From Gemmatimonadales bacterium (GTDB lineage: Bacteria > Gemmatimonadota > Gemmatimonadetes > Gemmatimonadales > GWC2-71-9), in contig JBBCJC010000003.1 in the NCBI GenBank assembly GCA_037189525.1, positions 448,001 to 512,000 of the forward strand: a DNA stretch of 64,000 bases, written 5' to 3'. A program made the position numbers and the translations under genes. Position 1 is the stretch's first letter, and every line of letters begins with the position of its first letter. Below the pieces are notes generated by a model that saw only the letters and a program-made list of their open reading frames with translations, ran no database searches and was not told the DNA's origin. Of the stretch, positions 1-9,312 are shown one piece after another.

Positions 1-1465
1 TGGCTCCCCCGGAAACCTGCTGCGCAAGGCGCTCGGCCATCTGCTTGGCCTCGGTGACCTGCCGGCTGGTCCGGATGGCCGCTTCGACCTCGGCGCGCAC
101 CGCCGTGAGCGGAGGGAGCCCTTCGCGGCGGAGGCTGTCCAGACGGAACAGGAAGAACGCCGAGGGCGACTCGATGACCTGGCTGTGCTCGCCCGGCTTG
201 GCCTGGAAGGCCCAGACGCCGGCATCGGGAACCTGGCCGGCTTCCGGAACCACGACCCGGACGCCTTCGGCCACCGGACCGACCTGGCGCACCGTCAACT
301 TGAGCGCGGCGGCAGCGGTGTCGAGCGCCGCGACCTCGAACTGCTCGGCCGCGAGGGTCTCGAGCGAGTCGGCAATGGCGTCCATCTGATCGCGGTGGTC
401 GCCCACGATCTCGATCGGGATCAGGATGTGCCGAGCCTTGAAGCTGTTCCCCGAGCGGCTCTCGACCCGAATGATGTGATAGCCGAAAGGGCTCAACACC
501 GGCTCCGAGAGCGTGTTGAGGGGCAGCGACATGGCGACGTTGCCGAACTCGGGCACCACCGAGTTCCGGTCCATCTCGCCCAGATCGCCGCCGCGGCGGG
601 CGCTGACGCTGTCGGCCGATTCGCGGGCGGCCACTTCGTCGAAGCTGGTGCCGGACACGACCTCGGCGCGCACGGAGTTGGCGCGGGCGCGGGCGGCGGC
701 GGTATCGGCCGCATTGGCCAGCCGCGGCACGTAGACGTAGCTCAGGAACGCGCCCTTGGTGCGGCGGAACTGTTCCTTGTGAGCGTTGTAGTACTCGGCG
801 GCCTCGGCGTCGGAAATCGGCGTGGCGGGCGCGGAGACCGCGCTGCCCGGGTCGATCCGGACCAGGCCGACCCGAACCCGTTCCCGCTCGTCACGATAGC
901 GCTCCCAGAGCGCCGCATCGGAAACGAAGACGTCGGCCACCACGGAGCGGAACAGCTTAGCCTGGAGCAGCTGTTCCCGGTACTGCGCTTCCAGAACCGG
1001 GATGTACTGCTGGCCTTCGGCCGACGCCAGCCAGCGCTGATACTTTTCGAGGTCGAACTGGCCGTTGGTCTGGAAGGTCGGGACCTGCTGCAGATCAGGC
1101 AGCGGCATGTTGCGGATGGCATCGACGATTTCCGCGTCGGAGACCCGCAGCCCGCGACGCTCGTATTCCTTCCGGAGCAGGATCGTCTGGACCGTCTGGT
1201 CCCAGACCTGATCGCGAACGGTGTGCATCTGATCGAGGCCCAGGGTAATGCCGCGCTGCTGATACTCCGCGCTGGCATTCTGGACCTGCTGATCGAAGAC
1301 GCGGATGTCGATGGACTCACCGTTCACCTTGCCGACGGAGCGGGAGGTGAAGATGTTGCCGGTGCCGCTGCCGAGCCCGCTCAAGTCCCACACGAGCCAG
1401 ATGAGGAAGGTGACGGCCACGAGGACCATGACCGGCTTTGCCGCATTTCTGAACGCTTGCATCAT
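1..1465 (-). CDS. SurA N-terminal domain / parvulin-type peptidyl-prolyl isomerase (PpiD-like); 3' end lies outside the window
   Basis: Not in the ORF track; translated by hand: MMQAFRNAAKPVMVLVAVTFLIWLVWD (membrane anchor), VGKVNGESI, ILLRKEYERRGLRVSDAEI, parvulin motifs SARRGGDLG, LSEPVLSPFGYHIIRVE, KARHILIP. Confidence 0.88.
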   Translation of the reverse strand, partial: MMQAFRNAAKPVMVLVAVTFLIWLVWDLSGLGSGTGNIFTSRSVGKVNGESIDIRVFDQQVQNASAEYQQRGITLGLDQMHTVRDQVWDQTVQTILLRKEYERRGLRVSDAEIVDAIRNMPLPDLQQVPTFQTNGQFDLEKYQRWLASAEGQQYIPVLEAQYREQLLQAKLFRSVVADVFVSDAALWERYRDERERVRVGLVRIDPGSAVSAPATPISDAEAAEYYNAHKEQFRRTKGAFLSYVYVPRLANAADTAAARARANSVRAEVVSGTSFDEVAARESADSVSARRGGDLGEMDRNSVVPEFGNVAMSLPLNTLSEPVLSPFGYHIIRVESRSGNSFKARHILIPIEIVGDHRDQMDAIADSLETLAAEQFEVAALDTAAAALKLTVRQVGPVAEGVRVVVPEAGQVPDAGVWAFQAKPGEHSQVIESPSAFFLFRLDSLRREGLPPLTAVRAEVEAAIRTSRQVTEAKQMAERLAQQVSGGA

Positions 1466-1510
1466 ACGCGGGCGATATGCTCCGAGGGACCAGTCTAGGG
1501 GAAGGGGATA

Positions 1511-1539
1511 AACGTAACGAGGGAACGGGGCTTGCTCAA
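1511..1539 (-). promoter_or_regulatory. Putative sigma70 promoter for the ppiD-like gene
   Basis: Minus strand reads TTGAGC-N17-TACGTT. Confidence 0.5.
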
Positions 1540-1560
1540 GCGACGGGAGGGGGCAGCCGA

Positions 1561-1590
1561 TTGACAGGGCCGCTTTCCGGTTGGTAATCT
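1561..1590 (+). promoter_or_regulatory. Putative sigma70 promoter for the TPR-aroQ operon
   Basis: TTGACA-N18-TAATCT with an extended -10 TG. Confidence 0.6.
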
Positions 1591-1631
1591 TAGCCCAAAT
1601 GCCACAACAACTTAGCGCGTAGAGTCAGGCC

Positions 1632-3836
1632 ATGGCGCCATCCCGCGAAATCGAGAAACTGCAGCGCCGATGGCAGGAGAACCCATTGGGGCTCACCTTC
1701 GCCCCTCTGGCGGAGGCGTATCGTAAGGAAGGGATGTACGAGGACGCGTTGGAGCTGCTCAGCATCGGGCTGGCGCAGCATCCCAACTATGTCCCCGCGC
1801 ACATCGTCCGCGGTCGATGCTATGTCGACACCCATACGGACACGGCAGCGGAAGAAGCCTTCCAGCGGGTTACCGAACTCGATCCCGAAAATGTCATTGC
1901 GCTGAAGGGGCTCGCGGACCTGGCGGAAAAGGGCGGACGCTTTGACGAGGCGATTGCCCGGCTGGAGCGCTTGCTGGAGTTCGACCGGAGCAACGACGAC
2001 GCGCGCGCTCAGGCCGACCGGCTTCGGGCCGCGTTGGCGCCGGTGGTCGAAACTCCGGTTGCTCCGCCGGAACCCGCACCGGCGCCGATCGAGGCCGAAC
2101 TGCCCGAGCCGACGATTCCGGAGTTCCCGCGGGTCGAGGCCGACGCCGTGCCCGATGCGGAGCCTGCGCTCGACGAGCCGGATCCGCTGGTCGACCAGGC
2201 GCGTGCGGCGGTGGTGGACATCAGTGCCGCCGACGTCGAGGTCATCACCTATCGGCCGCTCGAGTTGGTCGCCTCGGCCGATTCGGAGTATCAGCTGGCC
2301 GACGCTGCTGCGGATCTGGTGCCGCCGCCGTCGGAGGATCTTACCGCCGCTTCAGGACTGGCGGATTCGGTTACGGAGCAGGCAGATGCCGTTGCGGAGC
2401 GAGCGGATGGTGCTGCGGATCAGATCGGCCTTGCCGGGGATCGGAATGCCGTTGCTGCGGAACAAGCCGACCCCAGTGTGGAGCAGGTAGATCCTGTTGC
2501 GGATCAGGGTAGTGTCGTTGCGGACCAGGCTGATGGCGCGGTGGGGCAGGATGGTCTCGCTGCAGGGCAGAATGGTCCCGTTGCGGAGCAGGCTGACCTC
2601 GTGGCAGAGCAGATTGACGGGGGCGTGGGACCGGATAGCTCTGTTGCCGAGCGGGTTGATTTCGTTGCGGAGCAGGTCGATCGCGGCGGGGAGGGTGTAG
2701 ATCTCGTTGCGGAGCAGGTTGGGGTTGTGGCGGAGCAGATTGATCGCGGCGCGGAACAGGTAGATCCCGTCGTCGACCAGGCCGCTCTCGATGCGGGGCA
2801 CGTGAATCCCCTTGCAGGGCAGGTTGATCTCGCTACGGAGCGGGAGGATGCTGCTGCTGAACACCCTGGCCCTACTGGGGAGCGTGAGAGCACTGCTACG
2901 GAACTGCCCAGTCTTGTTGCAGACCAGGGCGACCGGACCGGGGAACAGACAGGTCCTGTGGCGGATCTGGTCGGCGGGCCGGTCACCGAAACCGTTTCTG
3001 CGGTGAGTGAGCCAGTCCCGCCGGCGATTGCCACCACCGATAGCCCGATCGGGGATGGCTCGGTCGCAACCGACTCTCCAGCCGGGGCGTTTGCTCAGGC
3101 GGAGTCGGCGGATGGCTCGGATGTCGCAGCTGTCGACGAAGTAGTTGCGGAGCTTCCGGCGGTCGCATCTCTATCTGCGACGCCTGCCGATCTCGAGACC
3201 GATGCATCGATCGCCCCCGAGCCGGTACTGCCGGCCGAGGCCGCGTACATCGAAGCCGACGAACTCGACGAGACCGCCTTCGACGTCGATGCGCTCGATC
3301 CGGAACGCGACGATGCCGAAGCAGTTGCCGGCGTCGAGGCGGAGCCCGATCTCGTCGTGACCGAAACGATGGCCGAGCTCTTCATGCGGCAGGGTCACCG
3401 TACCCTGGCGCTGGCCGTGTATACGCAGCTTTCGGAGCGCGACGGAGACAATCCGCGGATTCGGGGCGCGATCGAGCAGTTGCAGGCCGAGTTGCGGCCC
3501 GCGTCGAGCGTGGGTATTCCGGCGTACGCGGCGGTCCTGACGGGTGGCCAGTCGGTGCGCGCCTTCTTCGAGCACCTGCTGGCGGCCACTCGGCCGGTTG
3601 CTCCGGATCGCCAGGCCACGGGGTTGTCGCTCGGAGCGGTCTTCGGAGAAGAGCGGGCGACACCAGCCACGTCCGCGCCCGCCGAGGATCGCGGTCCGAG
3701 TTACGACGAGTTCTTTGCCGAGGAGCAGCCGCCTGCGGAGCTTCCCAAGCGGCCCGACCGTGAAGGGGCGGCGGTCGATGCGGCCGCCGAAGATCTCGAG
3801 CACTTCACCTCCTGGCTCAAGGGGCTCAAGCGCTGA
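1632..3836 (+). CDS. Tetratricopeptide-repeat protein with a long acidic linker
   Basis: N-terminal TPRs ([42 protein letters not shown]), a C-terminal [15 protein letters not shown]-like unit, terminal [10 protein letters not shown]; stop abuts aroQ. Confidence 0.85.
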   Translation: MAPSREIEKLQRRWQENPLGLTFAPLAEAYRKEGMYEDALELLSIGLAQHPNYVPAHIVRGRCYVDTHTDTAAEEAFQRVTELDPENVIALKGLADLAEKGGRFDEAIARLERLLEFDRSNDDARAQADRLRAALAPVVETPVAPPEPAPAPIEAELPEPTIPEFPRVEADAVPDAEPALDEPDPLVDQARAAVVDISAADVEVITYRPLELVASADSEYQLADAAADLVPPPSEDLTAASGLADSVTEQADAVAERADGAADQIGLAGDRNAVAAEQADPSVEQVDPVADQGSVVADQADGAVGQDGLAAGQNGPVAEQADLVAEQIDGGVGPDSSVAERVDFVAEQVDRGGEGVDLVAEQVGVVAEQIDRGAEQVDPVVDQAALDAGHVNPLAGQVDLATEREDAAAEHPGPTGERESTATELPSLVADQGDRTGEQTGPVADLVGGPVTETVSAVSEPVPPAIATTDSPIGDGSVATDSPAGAFAQAESADGSDVAAVDEVVAELPAVASLSATPADLETDASIAPEPVLPAEAAYIEADELDETAFDVDALDPERDDAEAVAGVEAEPDLVVTETMAELFMRQGHRTLALAVYTQLSERDGDNPRIRGAIEQLQAELRPASSVGIPAYAAVLTGGQSVRAFFEHLLAATRPVAPDRQATGLSLGAVFGEERATPATSAPAEDRGPSYDEFFAEEQPPAELPKRPDREGAAVDAAAEDLEHFTSWLKGLKR
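2361..2969 (+). repeat. In-frame degenerate 21-nt tandem repeat (29 heptads, consensus about V-D-x-V-A-E/D-Q)
   Basis: Unbroken 7-aa period from ADSVTEQ to TGPVADL; recurring gttgcggagcag and gttgcggatcag. Confidence 0.9.
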
Positions 3837-3837
3837 C

Positions 3838-4284
3838 ATGCGGGTCACCGTTCTCAACGGCCCGAACCTGAATCTGCTGGGACAGCGCGAGCCTGCGGTC
3901 TACGGGCGGGCGACCTTGGCCGAGGTGGAATCGCTGGTTCGGGTGGAAGCTGCGCAGCTCGGTATCGAGGTGCAGTGGCAGCAGAGCAACCACGAAGGGG
4001 CCCTGGTCGACGCGATCCAGGCGTTGCCGGGTGCGGCGGACGGCCTGATCCTGAATGCCGGCGCCTATACCCACACCAGCCTGGCGATTCGCGATGCGCT
4101 GCTGGCGGTCCGGGTGCCGTTTGTCGAAGTCCACCTTTCCAACGTCTTTGCGCGGGAAGCGGAGCGGCATCGCTCGCTGATGGCGGATCTGGCCATCGGG
4201 GTGATTGCGGGCTTCGGGCCGCAGAGCTATCTCCTCGGGTTGCGGGCGCTCCACGCGCGGGCGGGCGACGGCCCGTCGTCGTGA
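3838..4284 (+). CDS. aroQ: Type II 3-dehydroquinate dehydratase
   Basis: [44 protein letters not shown]; start moved to ATG 3838. Confidence 0.97.
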   Translation: MRVTVLNGPNLNLLGQREPAVYGRATLAEVESLVRVEAAQLGIEVQWQQSNHEGALVDAIQALPGAADGLILNAGAYTHTSLAIRDALLAVRVPFVEVHLSNVFAREAERHRSLMADLAIGVIAGFGPQSYLLGLRALHARAGDGPSS

Positions 4285-5366
4285 TCGATCGTTATGCCGA
4301 TCGTCTGGCCCGACTCGCCGCCGCCGCGCTGGCGGAAGGCCTCGATGGTCTGATCGTCGCGGGCGCGACCAACATCCGGTACCTGACCGGGTTCACCGGG
4401 AGTGCCGGGCACCTGGTCGTGTCCGCCGGGGGCGCCACGCTGCTGACCGATTTCCGCTACGCCGTGCAGGGACCGGCGGAAGTCGGGTCGGGCGTAACCG
4501 TTCGGATCGAACGCGCCAGCCTCTGGAAGGGTCTCAGGGCCCTGGTCGGCGGCAGCGGGCTCCGGCGGGTTGGGATCGATCGTCAGCGGGTCACGCTGGC
4601 GGATCTGGACGAACTGCGGCAAATCGAGGGAGTCGAACTGGTGCCGGGGGCGGGGCGGGTCGAAGCGCTCCGGATGGTTAAGGACGACGACGAAATTGCC
4701 CGGATCAGGGAAGCCGCCCGCCTGGCAGCCGAGGCGCTCGCGGCCGTGACCGGTGGAATCAGGCCGGGACGTCGCGAGATCGATATCGCCGCCGACCTCG
4801 AGGCCGCCTTGCGGGTGCGGGGGAGCGAGTGGCACCCGTTTCATACCATCGTGGCGTCGGGGCCTCGGAGCGCTCTGCCGCACGCGCAATCGACCAGCCG
4901 GCAGCTCGAGGTAGGGGACCTGCTGGTCGTCGATTTCGGGGCCCAGCTCGACGGCTACTGCTCGGACATCACCCGGACCTTCGTGGTCGGAGCCCTGGCC
5001 GATGGACGGCAGCGCGAGGTGTACGGTATCGTTGAGCAGGCTCAGCATCGGGCGCGGAGCCTGATGCGGGCCGGAATGACCGGTCGGGAGATCGACGCCC
5101 TGGCCCGCGATCCTATCACCGCTGCCGGGATGGGCGAGGCCTTCGGACACTCGCTGGGGCATGGGGTGGGGCTTGATGTCCACGAGGAGCCTCGGCTGGC
5201 CAAGACCAGTGAAACGGTGGTGCCCCGGGGCGCGGTGGTGACAGTGGAACCGGGAGTCTATTTTGAAGGTTGGGGCGGCGTCCGAATCGAGGACGACGTC
5301 GTGGTGACGGCCAGCGGGGCGGAATGCCTCTCGGACGGCCGGACCGAACTGATCGAACTTTCCTAA
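4281..5366 (+). CDS. Xaa-Pro aminopeptidase (M24 family)
   Basis: [51 protein letters not shown] start overlaps the aroQ stop. Confidence 0.95.
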   Translation: MIDRYADRLARLAAAALAEGLDGLIVAGATNIRYLTGFTGSAGHLVVSAGGATLLTDFRYAVQGPAEVGSGVTVRIERASLWKGLRALVGGSGLRRVGIDRQRVTLADLDELRQIEGVELVPGAGRVEALRMVKDDDEIARIREAARLAAEALAAVTGGIRPGRREIDIAADLEAALRVRGSEWHPFHTIVASGPRSALPHAQSTSRQLEVGDLLVVDFGAQLDGYCSDITRTFVVGALADGRQREVYGIVEQAQHRARSLMRAGMTGREIDALARDPITAAGMGEAFGHSLGHGVGLDVHEEPRLAKTSETVVPRGAVVTVEPGVYFEGWGGVRIEDDVVVTASGAECLSDGRTELIELS

Positions 5367-5397
5367 CTTACGCACTCACGCCGTTCGGATAGACGAG

Positions 5398-5931
5398 ATG
5401 AATCCGGAAAAAATCAAAGCGCTGGCCGAGGTCATCGACAAAGTGCCGGGAGCCAAGGCCATCGACATGAAGGACGTCCGTCGCCTGGTCGAGTTGCTCC
5501 GCGATTCGCCCGAAATCGGCTCGATCGAGCTCAAGGGATGGTTCGGGACCGGCGTGATCGTCACCCGGACCTCCAGCGCGGTGGCGGCAGCGGTGACGCA
5601 CTATCAGCCAGCTGCGCCGGTTGCGGCCGCCAATCCGGCCCCCGCCGCCCCGGCGGCGCCCGCGGAAGCGCCCAAGCCGGCGGTGGCGCTCAAAGAGATC
5701 AAATCCCCGATGGTGGGCACCTTTTATGCAGCCCCGGAGCCGGGGGCCGAGTCGTATGTGAAAGTCGGCGCGCGGGTCACCCCGGGCCGCACGGTGTGCA
5801 TCATCGAGGCGATGAAGATCATGAACGAGATCGAAGCCGAGTTCGGTGGCGTGATCAAGGAAGTTTGCGTGGAGGATTCGCAGCCGGTCGAGTTCGGCCA
5901 GGTCCTCTTCCGAGTCGATCCCAATGGGTGA
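5398..5931 (+). CDS. accB: Acetyl-CoA carboxylase biotin carboxyl carrier protein
   Basis: Ala/Pro linker, IKSPMVGTFY, biotinylation motif EAMKIMNEI. Confidence 0.97.
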   Translation: MNPEKIKALAEVIDKVPGAKAIDMKDVRRLVELLRDSPEIGSIELKGWFGTGVIVTRTSSAVAAAVTHYQPAAPVAAANPAPAAPAAPAEAPKPAVALKEIKSPMVGTFYAAPEPGAESYVKVGARVTPGRTVCIIEAMKIMNEIEAEFGGVIKEVCVEDSQPVEFGQVLFRVDPNG

Positions 5932-7114
5932 ACCGTTAGGCGGTGACATCAGCGGCCCGCCACCGTTCAACTTCAAGCAGGCGATTGCCCAGATGGTGCA
6001 GCGGCAGGCGTCCGACCTGCTGCTCAAGGTGGGGCGTCCGCCGACCGTACGCGTCAACGGCGACCTCCAGGCATTGCCGATGCAGCCGATCCGCCCCGAG
6101 GAGCTCAAGCACCTCGCCGAGCAGATCATGACGCCGCGGCAGGTCAAAGAATTTGCCGAGAAGAAGGAAGCCGACTTTGCCATCGGTGTGCCGGGCGTCG
6201 GCCGCTTCCGGACCAACATCTATCAGCAGCGCGGCACCCTCGCGTTTGCGCTCCGCGCCATTCCGTACGAAGTCCGCACCCTGAAGGAGCTGATGCTTCC
6301 CGAGGTGCTGGAGCAGGTGTCGCTCAAGCCGCGCGGCGTGGTGCTGGTGACCGGGATTACCGGTTCCGGTAAATCGACGGCGCTTGCTGCGATGATCCAT
6401 CACATCAATCGGAACCGGCGCGTCAACGTCATCACGGTCGAAGATCCGATCGAGTTTCTCCACCGCGACCAGATGTCCAACATCTCCCAGCGCGAAGTGG
6501 GCAGCGATACGCTGTCGTTCGGCGCGGCGCTCCGCCACGTGCTGCGGCAGGATCCGGACGTCATCCTGATCGGTGAGATTCGCGACCAGGAAACGCTCGA
6601 TACGGCGCTCAAGGCCGCCGATACGGGTCACCTGGTCTTCTCGACGCTGCACACGACCGACGCGACTCAGTCGATCAGCCGGATTCTCTCGTTCTACCCG
6701 CCGCACCAGCAGCAGGAAATCCGTTCGCTCCTGTCGACAGCGCTGGCGGCGATCGTCTGCCTTCGTCTGGTGCCCCGCGCCGACGGACGGGGCCGGGTGC
6801 CGGCCGCCGAAGTGCTCATCAATACCGCCGCGGTGGCCGAGAACATTCGCAGCCTCGAAAAATCGCTCAATATCCCCGATCTGATTGCGGACGGGTCGAT
6901 CAGCTACGGCATGCAGTCGTTCGACCAGTCGCTGATGATGTGGTACAAGAAGGGGATGATCACGTACGAGAGCGCGCTGTTCTATTCCAGTAATCCCAGC
7001 GAGTTCGCGTTGCGCGCCGCCGGTGTCACGGCGGCCTCCGATCGAACCTTTGCGGAGATCGCCTCGGCGCAGGATGAGCCGGTCGATCTCACGCGCGACG
7101 TAACGCCGACCTAA
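5924..7114 (+). CDS. PilT/PilU-family type IV pilus retraction-type ATPase
   Basis: GRFRTNIYQQRG, Walker A GITGSGKST, EDPIE, LRQDPDVILIGEIRD, TGHLVFSTLHT, GMQSFDQ. Confidence 0.93.
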   Translation: MGEPLGGDISGPPPFNFKQAIAQMVQRQASDLLLKVGRPPTVRVNGDLQALPMQPIRPEELKHLAEQIMTPRQVKEFAEKKEADFAIGVPGVGRFRTNIYQQRGTLAFALRAIPYEVRTLKELMLPEVLEQVSLKPRGVVLVTGITGSGKSTALAAMIHHINRNRRVNVITVEDPIEFLHRDQMSNISQREVGSDTLSFGAALRHVLRQDPDVILIGEIRDQETLDTALKAADTGHLVFSTLHTTDATQSISRILSFYPPHQQQEIRSLLSTALAAIVCLRLVPRADGRGRVPAAEVLINTAAVAENIRSLEKSLNIPDLIADGSISYGMQSFDQSLMMWYKKGMITYESALFYSSNPSEFALRAAGVTAASDRTFAEIASAQDEPVDLTRDVTPT

Positions 7115-7222
7115 CGGCCGACCCGCGCGTCACCCGGTACGGGCTCTGTTCCCGCTCGGCGTCGTGGCGCCGTCCGGGGCGTTCGCGTTCCGTCAACCAG
7201 AACGGTTTCATGCTCAACTCGC

Positions 7223-8581
7223 ATGTTCAATAAAGTCCTCATTGCCAATCGCGGCGAGATTGCCCTCCGGGTCATCCGCGCCTGCCGGGAACTCGGTATT
7301 CACACCGTGGCCGTGTTCAGCGAGGCCGATCGGGAGTCGTTGCACGTTCGGTTCGCGGACGATGATGTCTGCATCGGACCGGCGCCCAGCCGCCAGTCGT
7401 ACCTCAACATCCCGCGGCTGATCGCGGCGGCCGAGATCACCGGCGCCGACGCGCTGCATCCGGGCTACGGCTTTCTGGCCGAGAACGCGGAGTTCGCCGA
7501 GATCTGCAAGGCGTCCAACATCACGTTCATCGGACCGACCGGTGAGCAGATTCGCCAGATGGGCGACAAGGCCTCGGCGCGCCGTCTGGCCAAGGAAGCG
7601 GGCGTACCAACGGTGCCGGGGTCGCCCGGGATCATGGGCGATGCGGAGGAAGCGCTGGCGGTTGCCGAGGAAATCGGCTTTCCGGTCATCATCAAGGCCA
7701 CGGCCGGCGGGGGCGGGAAGGGGATGCGCATCGCCACCGATGCGGAGCAGTTCACCCAGCTCTTCAACCTGGCGCAGAACGAGGCGCTCTCCGCCTTCGG
7801 CAACGGCGACGTCTACGTCGAGAAGTATCTGGAGCATCCGCGGCACGTCGAAATCCAGGTCATGGGCGACACCCACGGCCGGGTGGTCCATCTCGGCGAG
7901 CGCGACTGCTCGGTCCAGCGTCGGCATCAGAAGCTGATCGAAGAGAGCCCGAGCCCCGCGCTCACCGCCGAGTTGCGGGAGCGGATGGGAGCGGCGGCCG
8001 TGGCGCTGGCCGAGGCCATCGGCTACGTCGGCGCCGGGACGATCGAGTTCCTGCTCGATTCGGACGGCAGCTTCTACTTCATGGAAATGAATACCCGGAT
8101 TCAGGTGGAACATCCGGTCACGGAAATGGTGACCGGATTCGATCTGGTCAAGGAACAGATCCGGGCGGCGGCCGGCGAGCCGCTGACGTTCCCGGCCGAT
8201 CTGCGCGGCTTGCGCGGGCATGCCATCGAGTGCCGCGTCAACGCCGAGGATCCGTATCGCAACTTCCAGCCCTCGCCGGGGCTGATTACCGCCTATCATC
8301 CGCCGGGCGGCCCGGGCGTGCGGGTCGATACCCACGTGTATGCCGGCTATCGGGTGCCGCCGCACTACGACTCGCTGCTCGCCAAGGTTATCGTGCACGG
8401 GCGGGATCGCGCGGAGGCGCTGGCCCGGATGGGGCAGGCGCTCGACAGCTTCATCCTCGAAGGCGTCACCACGACCATTCCGTTCCTGGCGCGCGTGATC
8501 CGCCATCCGGACTTCGTTGCCGGTAACATCGACACGCGGTTCCTGGCGCGCGAAAAGCACCTGCTCAGGCCAGACGCATGA
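7223..8581 (+). CDS. accC: Acetyl-CoA carboxylase biotin carboxylase subunit
   Basis: [51 protein letters not shown]. Confidence 0.97.
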   Translation: MFNKVLIANRGEIALRVIRACRELGIHTVAVFSEADRESLHVRFADDDVCIGPAPSRQSYLNIPRLIAAAEITGADALHPGYGFLAENAEFAEICKASNITFIGPTGEQIRQMGDKASARRLAKEAGVPTVPGSPGIMGDAEEALAVAEEIGFPVIIKATAGGGGKGMRIATDAEQFTQLFNLAQNEALSAFGNGDVYVEKYLEHPRHVEIQVMGDTHGRVVHLGERDCSVQRRHQKLIEESPSPALTAELRERMGAAAVALAEAIGYVGAGTIEFLLDSDGSFYFMEMNTRIQVEHPVTEMVTGFDLVKEQIRAAAGEPLTFPADLRGLRGHAIECRVNAEDPYRNFQPSPGLITAYHPPGGPGVRVDTHVYAGYRVPPHYDSLLAKVIVHGRDRAEALARMGQALDSFILEGVTTTIPFLARVIRHPDFVAGNIDTRFLAREKHLLRPDA

Positions 8582-9312
8582 GAATCGATGTCGCATTTTC
8601 ACCCGCGGGCCTCTCGAAAGACGAGGTCGCGGGGCGCGGGGTATTCGTGATCGATGTGCTGCGCGCCACGACGACGATGTGCGCCGCGCTCCATCACGGG
8701 GCTCGGAGTATCGTGCCCGTTTCCACCATTGCGGACGCGATGGCCATGGCGCAGACGCTTGGTCCGGATATCCTGCTGATCGGGGAACGGAACGGGCGCG
8801 CCATCGAAGGGTTTACCTTGGGCAACAGTCCGCTCGAAATGACGGAGGACCGGGTGCGCGGCAAAACCCTCGTGATGACGACGACCAACGGGACCGGTGC
8901 GCTGCTCGCTGCCGCCGGCGCCGCGCAGGTCTTCGTTGCGGCGGCCGCCAATCTGTCCGTCGCCACCGACAAGGTGCGCCAACTGGTGGCCGACGGGGTG
9001 TCGATCCTGGTGCTGTGCGCGGGCCGGGACGGGCGCTTCGGGTTGGACGATGCCTATACCGCCGGGCGCCTGATCGCGCCGGTGGTCGGCGAGCGTCGCC
9101 GCCTGGACGGGCTCAATGACGCTGCAGTTGCTGCGCTCGATCTGGTTCGCCGCTACGGCACCCGCTGGGCGCGTCCGTTCCTCCGCTCCGCGGCCGGCCG
9201 GCATCTCATGTCGATCGAGATGGGTGAGGATGTGGCTGATGCCGCGTTGCCCGATCGTTATCCCGTGTTGCCGGTCTTTCAGGATCGGCGGGTGCAGCTG
9301 AGCGCGCCATGA
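8578..9312 (+). CDS. comB: 2-phosphosulfolactate phosphatase family protein
   Basis: [26 protein letters not shown] motifs. Confidence 0.9.
   Translation: MRIDVAFSPAGLSKDEVAGRGVFVIDVLRATTTMCAALHHGARSIVPVSTIADAMAMAQTLGPDILLIGERNGRAIEGFTLGNSPLEMTEDRVRGKTLVMTTTNGTGALLAAAGAAQVFVAAAANLSVATDKVRQLVADGVSILVLCAGRDGRFGLDDAYTAGRLIAPVVGERRRLDGLNDAAVAALDLVRRYGTRWARPFLRSAAGRHLMSIEMGEDVADAALPDRYPVLPVFQDRRVQLSAP

Noticed and set aside
185..1498. 437-aa plus-strand ORF
   Set aside because: Antisense shadow of the ppiD-like gene, which the ORF track missed because it runs off the window
2352..3037. Minus-strand ORFs with periodic LLRN-type repeats; possible CRISPR-like array
   Set aside because: By-products of the 21-nt coding repeat. 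The units are contiguous and degenerate, with no repeat-spacer structure and no cas genes
3544..4280. Long N-terminal extensions on aroQ and pepP in the ORF track
   Set aside because: They overlap upstream genes; family-typical N-termini begin at 3838 and 4281. The same applies to hldA, asparaginase and the CMD gene
8578..9312. comB as evidence for coenzyme M biosynthesis
   Set aside because: ComB-family phosphatases are widespread on their own, and no other com genes are present
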